DNA of 61,329 nucleotides, counting the filler, from Asterionella formosa (lineage: Eukaryota), in assembly GCA_002256025.1 (NCBI GenBank). It is 7 parts of 7 records of this genome, joined end to end, with 100 filler letters (N's around TTAATTAATTAA, not from the genome) between each part and the next. Parts side by side here need not be neighbours in the genome. Positions count along the whole stretch, not along the records: positions 52,671 to 61,329 come from NKIB01011864.1; 6 more parts are not named here. One strand, written 5' to 3'. The notes under the pieces were generated by a model that worked only from the letters and a program-made list of their open reading frames with translations, ran no database searches and was not told where the DNA came from. The translations under genes were made by a program, and so were the position numbers. Of the stretch, positions 58,285 through 61,329 are shown in pieces; within the stretch, counting starts at the first letter, position 1, and each line of letters opens with the position of its first letter.

Positions 58285-58553
58285 CATCTATGTATTCTTT
58301 TAATGCGTTACATGTTGTTCATGTTGCATCATGCAGCATGCAGTGGTAACCTAGCCTGTAAGTAATTGTTGTATACATAACGATTATAATGCAGCTCAAC
58401 GTCGTGGCAATGTAAAAATACAAAATGGCTGAATCACTACAATGGATGGAGTACTATGTATCCCATCCATGTACATGTTCATGACAGAATTATGGGGGGC
58501 ACGCTAGCAGTATAAAGTGTATGCATACCGATTTATAGTAGTAAGATAGAATC

Positions 58554-58800
58554 GCAAAAATTGTCAATTAAATCTTAGTATAGTACGTTAAAACTATCCA
58601 ATCATCGAACTCGTGCCCTAATAAATGGACGCAATTTGTACCGGTTGTATTCGTCCATATGGTAAAATGGGACGACCTGTCTCCTCGTCAACCACACCCT
58701 GCCCCAGAACCCTAGGGACTACATAAAAGAACGACAGGTAGAGAATGCAGGAATCGAACCCGCCACTTCATGAGGTGGGCTAAGCACTACGCCATTCCCC
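58554..58800 (-). mobile_element. tRNA(Ala)-derived SINE, full length, ~18-bp TSD
   Basis: Head 58800-58739 (GGGGAATGGCGTAGTG..GCGGGTTCGATTCCTGCATTCTCTA); TAGTAGTAA(G/T)ATAGAATC at 58536-58553 and 58801-58818. Confidence 0.82.
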
Positions 58801-59449
58801 TAGTAGTAATATAGAATCACAGTACCAAGTACCGGTATTCACCAGGAGTGGCTTAGTAGCTAGGTCGATGCCATTCCAGACATATTCACAATACAGATAT
58901 GCTATTCATATATTTTTTATATTTTGAATTAATACAAATTATAATTTATGTAAAAGAATAAAAGAATTCATATTGGATGCTGACAATACCGATATGGTAA
59001 GGATGATTTTCGGTATGCTTGATGCATCCAGGTGATGACAACCACATCGTTTCGATTTAGTCGGTCAGTTCAAGCCCGATTGCACTCCAGAAATTTGTAT
59101 ACATTAACCCTAATAGATATTTAGTCCAGCATTTAAATTTGATATGAAATGGTTCGTTCCTTATCTGTTTTGTTGATCATTAGTAGGGTTGGTTGTTGCT
59201 TGTTTCATGTATAATATCGCGATATTTCTCAAGATCCATTTTGCTTCGTTTTTCTCTATCAATTAAGGGCCAATTGTACTCAAACAGCTTTGAGTCGATA
59301 ATGTCCAATAGCCCTCATAGAAAATTAGCTGAAGTGTTCAAATCTGAATTGAATTGAGTGAACAATAGGACAATATCTATGGTAAGAATGATTGCTGACA
59401 AGCAAATGGCAAGAAATAACTGATACAAAAAAACAGTGTGTAAGTCTCT

Positions 59450-60550
59450 GTTAAAAGCTTTTATTTATGCATCGCTCCGTGACATTTGCATAAGTCATAA
59501 CCTGAAATAGACATTCAATTGATCGAATATTAGAGATTGACTTGTTCTTGATAAACACCGCCCAAACATGTGGAAGGACCCTTTTAATTGCAGATTCGTC
59601 AGAATCTAGCGTTTCACCATTTTAGCTCGTGTGTTTACCACTCATTGATAAACTGAGACTTCAGGTCCCTGAGCGAATACAGCCCAAATAGTTAATCCTT
59701 GCATCATTGTCAAAGTGGTGAAGTTTGTGTAAAACAATTTGGCAAACCACTGCCTCCATGCACTCTGTGACATTCAATCCAGCGTCATCTTCATTTGATT
59801 AATCGAAAAGGGTTGAATCCACGCACTCTCTGGTGGAAATCTGTCTCTATTTGCTTACAGATATCCTCCAAGTTGTTCACTTTGCAAGATGAAATTGAAA
59901 TGCAGAACACACTCAAATATAATCTTAAGACGAAAAGCTTTAAAGAACTTCTTTTTCTCTGTCATTGAGAAGCTTGTTGTGCGCTTCGATTTAACCTACA
60001 AGCCTCCCATGAGTAGCAAAGGTATCCATTGGTTCCTGGATAGGCTGTTTATGAGGATATTATGTGAGTAAACTATAAAATGTAAATGACAATGACAGCG
60101 AATATACAAATAATATCGGCACGCCAAAAACACATGCCGATGTTGATGCCGTCACCCGTAGAGTAGCTGTGTCAGGATCCATGTGCGTTCCAGAATATTA
60201 ATAAATTAAAAAGTCAGCACAGAAAGGATCCAAACGGTTGGTTGTTGATGATACATCATCATTGTCAACAGATTAATCAATGGAACATGCATGCATAGCC
60301 AAGAGCAGAAAAAACGCTCAATATTCAGCATCGTCAGTTTAACCATCTGACGGAATTCTGGTGACAAGATTTAGTAGAGGATGAATATTAGTTCAGTCGA
60401 ACTAATCAATCTTGAATAATGTTCCAGCCAAAATCCCATATTGAAATGTTGTGAGAATTTGAACAGCTTTTGATTGCCAAGAACTATGTCAGCAAACCAA
60501 GGTTCAATATTTGAATCGAGAACAATGTTTTAAGAAATCAATATTTCACT
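59450..60550 (-). pseudogene. Possible heavily decayed hAT-like transposase
   Basis: Fragments LVTRIP-VRW (hAT xxRW motif) and RVLPHVWAVFIKNKSISNIRSIECLF (resembles the dimerisation-domain SSA..ERLFS) in the right order; very degenerate. Confidence 0.35.
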
Positions 60551-61329
60551 GAAGGGAAGGTATATATGCAATGCCAATGGCATTGAATATTCACGATTGT
60601 TCTACTAAGTAAATGGAGTTGAGCTGTCAGTTGAGAGTTGAATGTCTAACAGCATAATGAATATTTGTATACAAGTTTGGGAAGAGAACCTTAATAATGA
60701 ATGATTACAAGGTAGATCAAATAAGCTCACAATAAGGTGAGATTAGAAAAAAAGGTTTTAGCAAGTACACTGAGCTTGTCTAGAAAGAGCTAGCTTTTCA
60801 GACAGACTACAGAAGAATTTAACATTGTGGCACAGTAAGGAACTGCATTCACCAAAAGTTTCTAACAACCCCCAAAATGGAATTTCTTTGTGGTAGGAAA
60901 CAGTGTTTTTTGGCATCAGAGAACTACTCCTGGGTTCGAATTTTTTGGGAATTTAAAAATTTAGTAAATTTCCCAAATGCGATTTCATGACTGATAAGCA
61001 CGGACCTATACCCAAAGTCAGCATGTTGAACTTGCTCAGCTCTCAACGATTTTATGTCAGTGGACAGCAATTGAAGTCAGCATCAGTCAGCGAATATTTC
61101 AAATTTTCACCAAAATCAAGTTGGTACATAGAAACACATTTCCGTGATACAAGAGGAGGTTTGCTCGTCGCGCATACACAAAACCCGGAAGAAAGAGTTA
61201 AAAATTGGATTGATGAGCAGCAACAAAATTCGACGAAAGATGCAAAATTTCGCCCGTTTAGATCCGCCTCATATAATAATGTGTTGAGCACTATCATGAC
61301 GACGGGTATTACGACAACTCGGCGGTTCT

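Overview
Eukaryotic, AT-rich, transposon-dense DNA, most consistent with a diatom: GT-AG introns, diatom-type hypothetical gene families, a bipartite plastid-type leader, and diatom/oomycete-type Crypton, pogo, gypsy and DIRS remnants. The window is not one locus. It is seven ~8.7-kb scaffolds joined by six artificial 100-bp N/TTAATTAATTAA linkers, so adjacency across linkers means nothing. Nine host genes are supported: LIN9/ALY (DIRP), a mitochondrial carrier, a probably plastid-targeted coiled-coil protein, a SMARCAL1/ZRANB3-like SNF2 ATPase (truncated), a PIG-H-like protein, a RING-CH+MYND membrane protein and three hypotheticals. The rest is mostly decayed transposons. The most striking signals are three non-coding mobile families. 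(1) An element with asymmetric inverted repeats and no TSD that ends in a 180-nt hairpin carrying five symmetric CGAG/CGAG tandem G-A motifs; a divergent copy keeps the motifs through compensatory changes and has a flipped core, suggesting a single-stranded intermediate. (2) A tRNA-Ala-derived SINE with 13- and 18-bp target-site duplications. (3) A GGTTGC-ended, TTAA-flanked TIR family whose internal hairpin keeps its position but not its sequence. All protein and TE family calls come from motif recognition by eye; no database searches were run.
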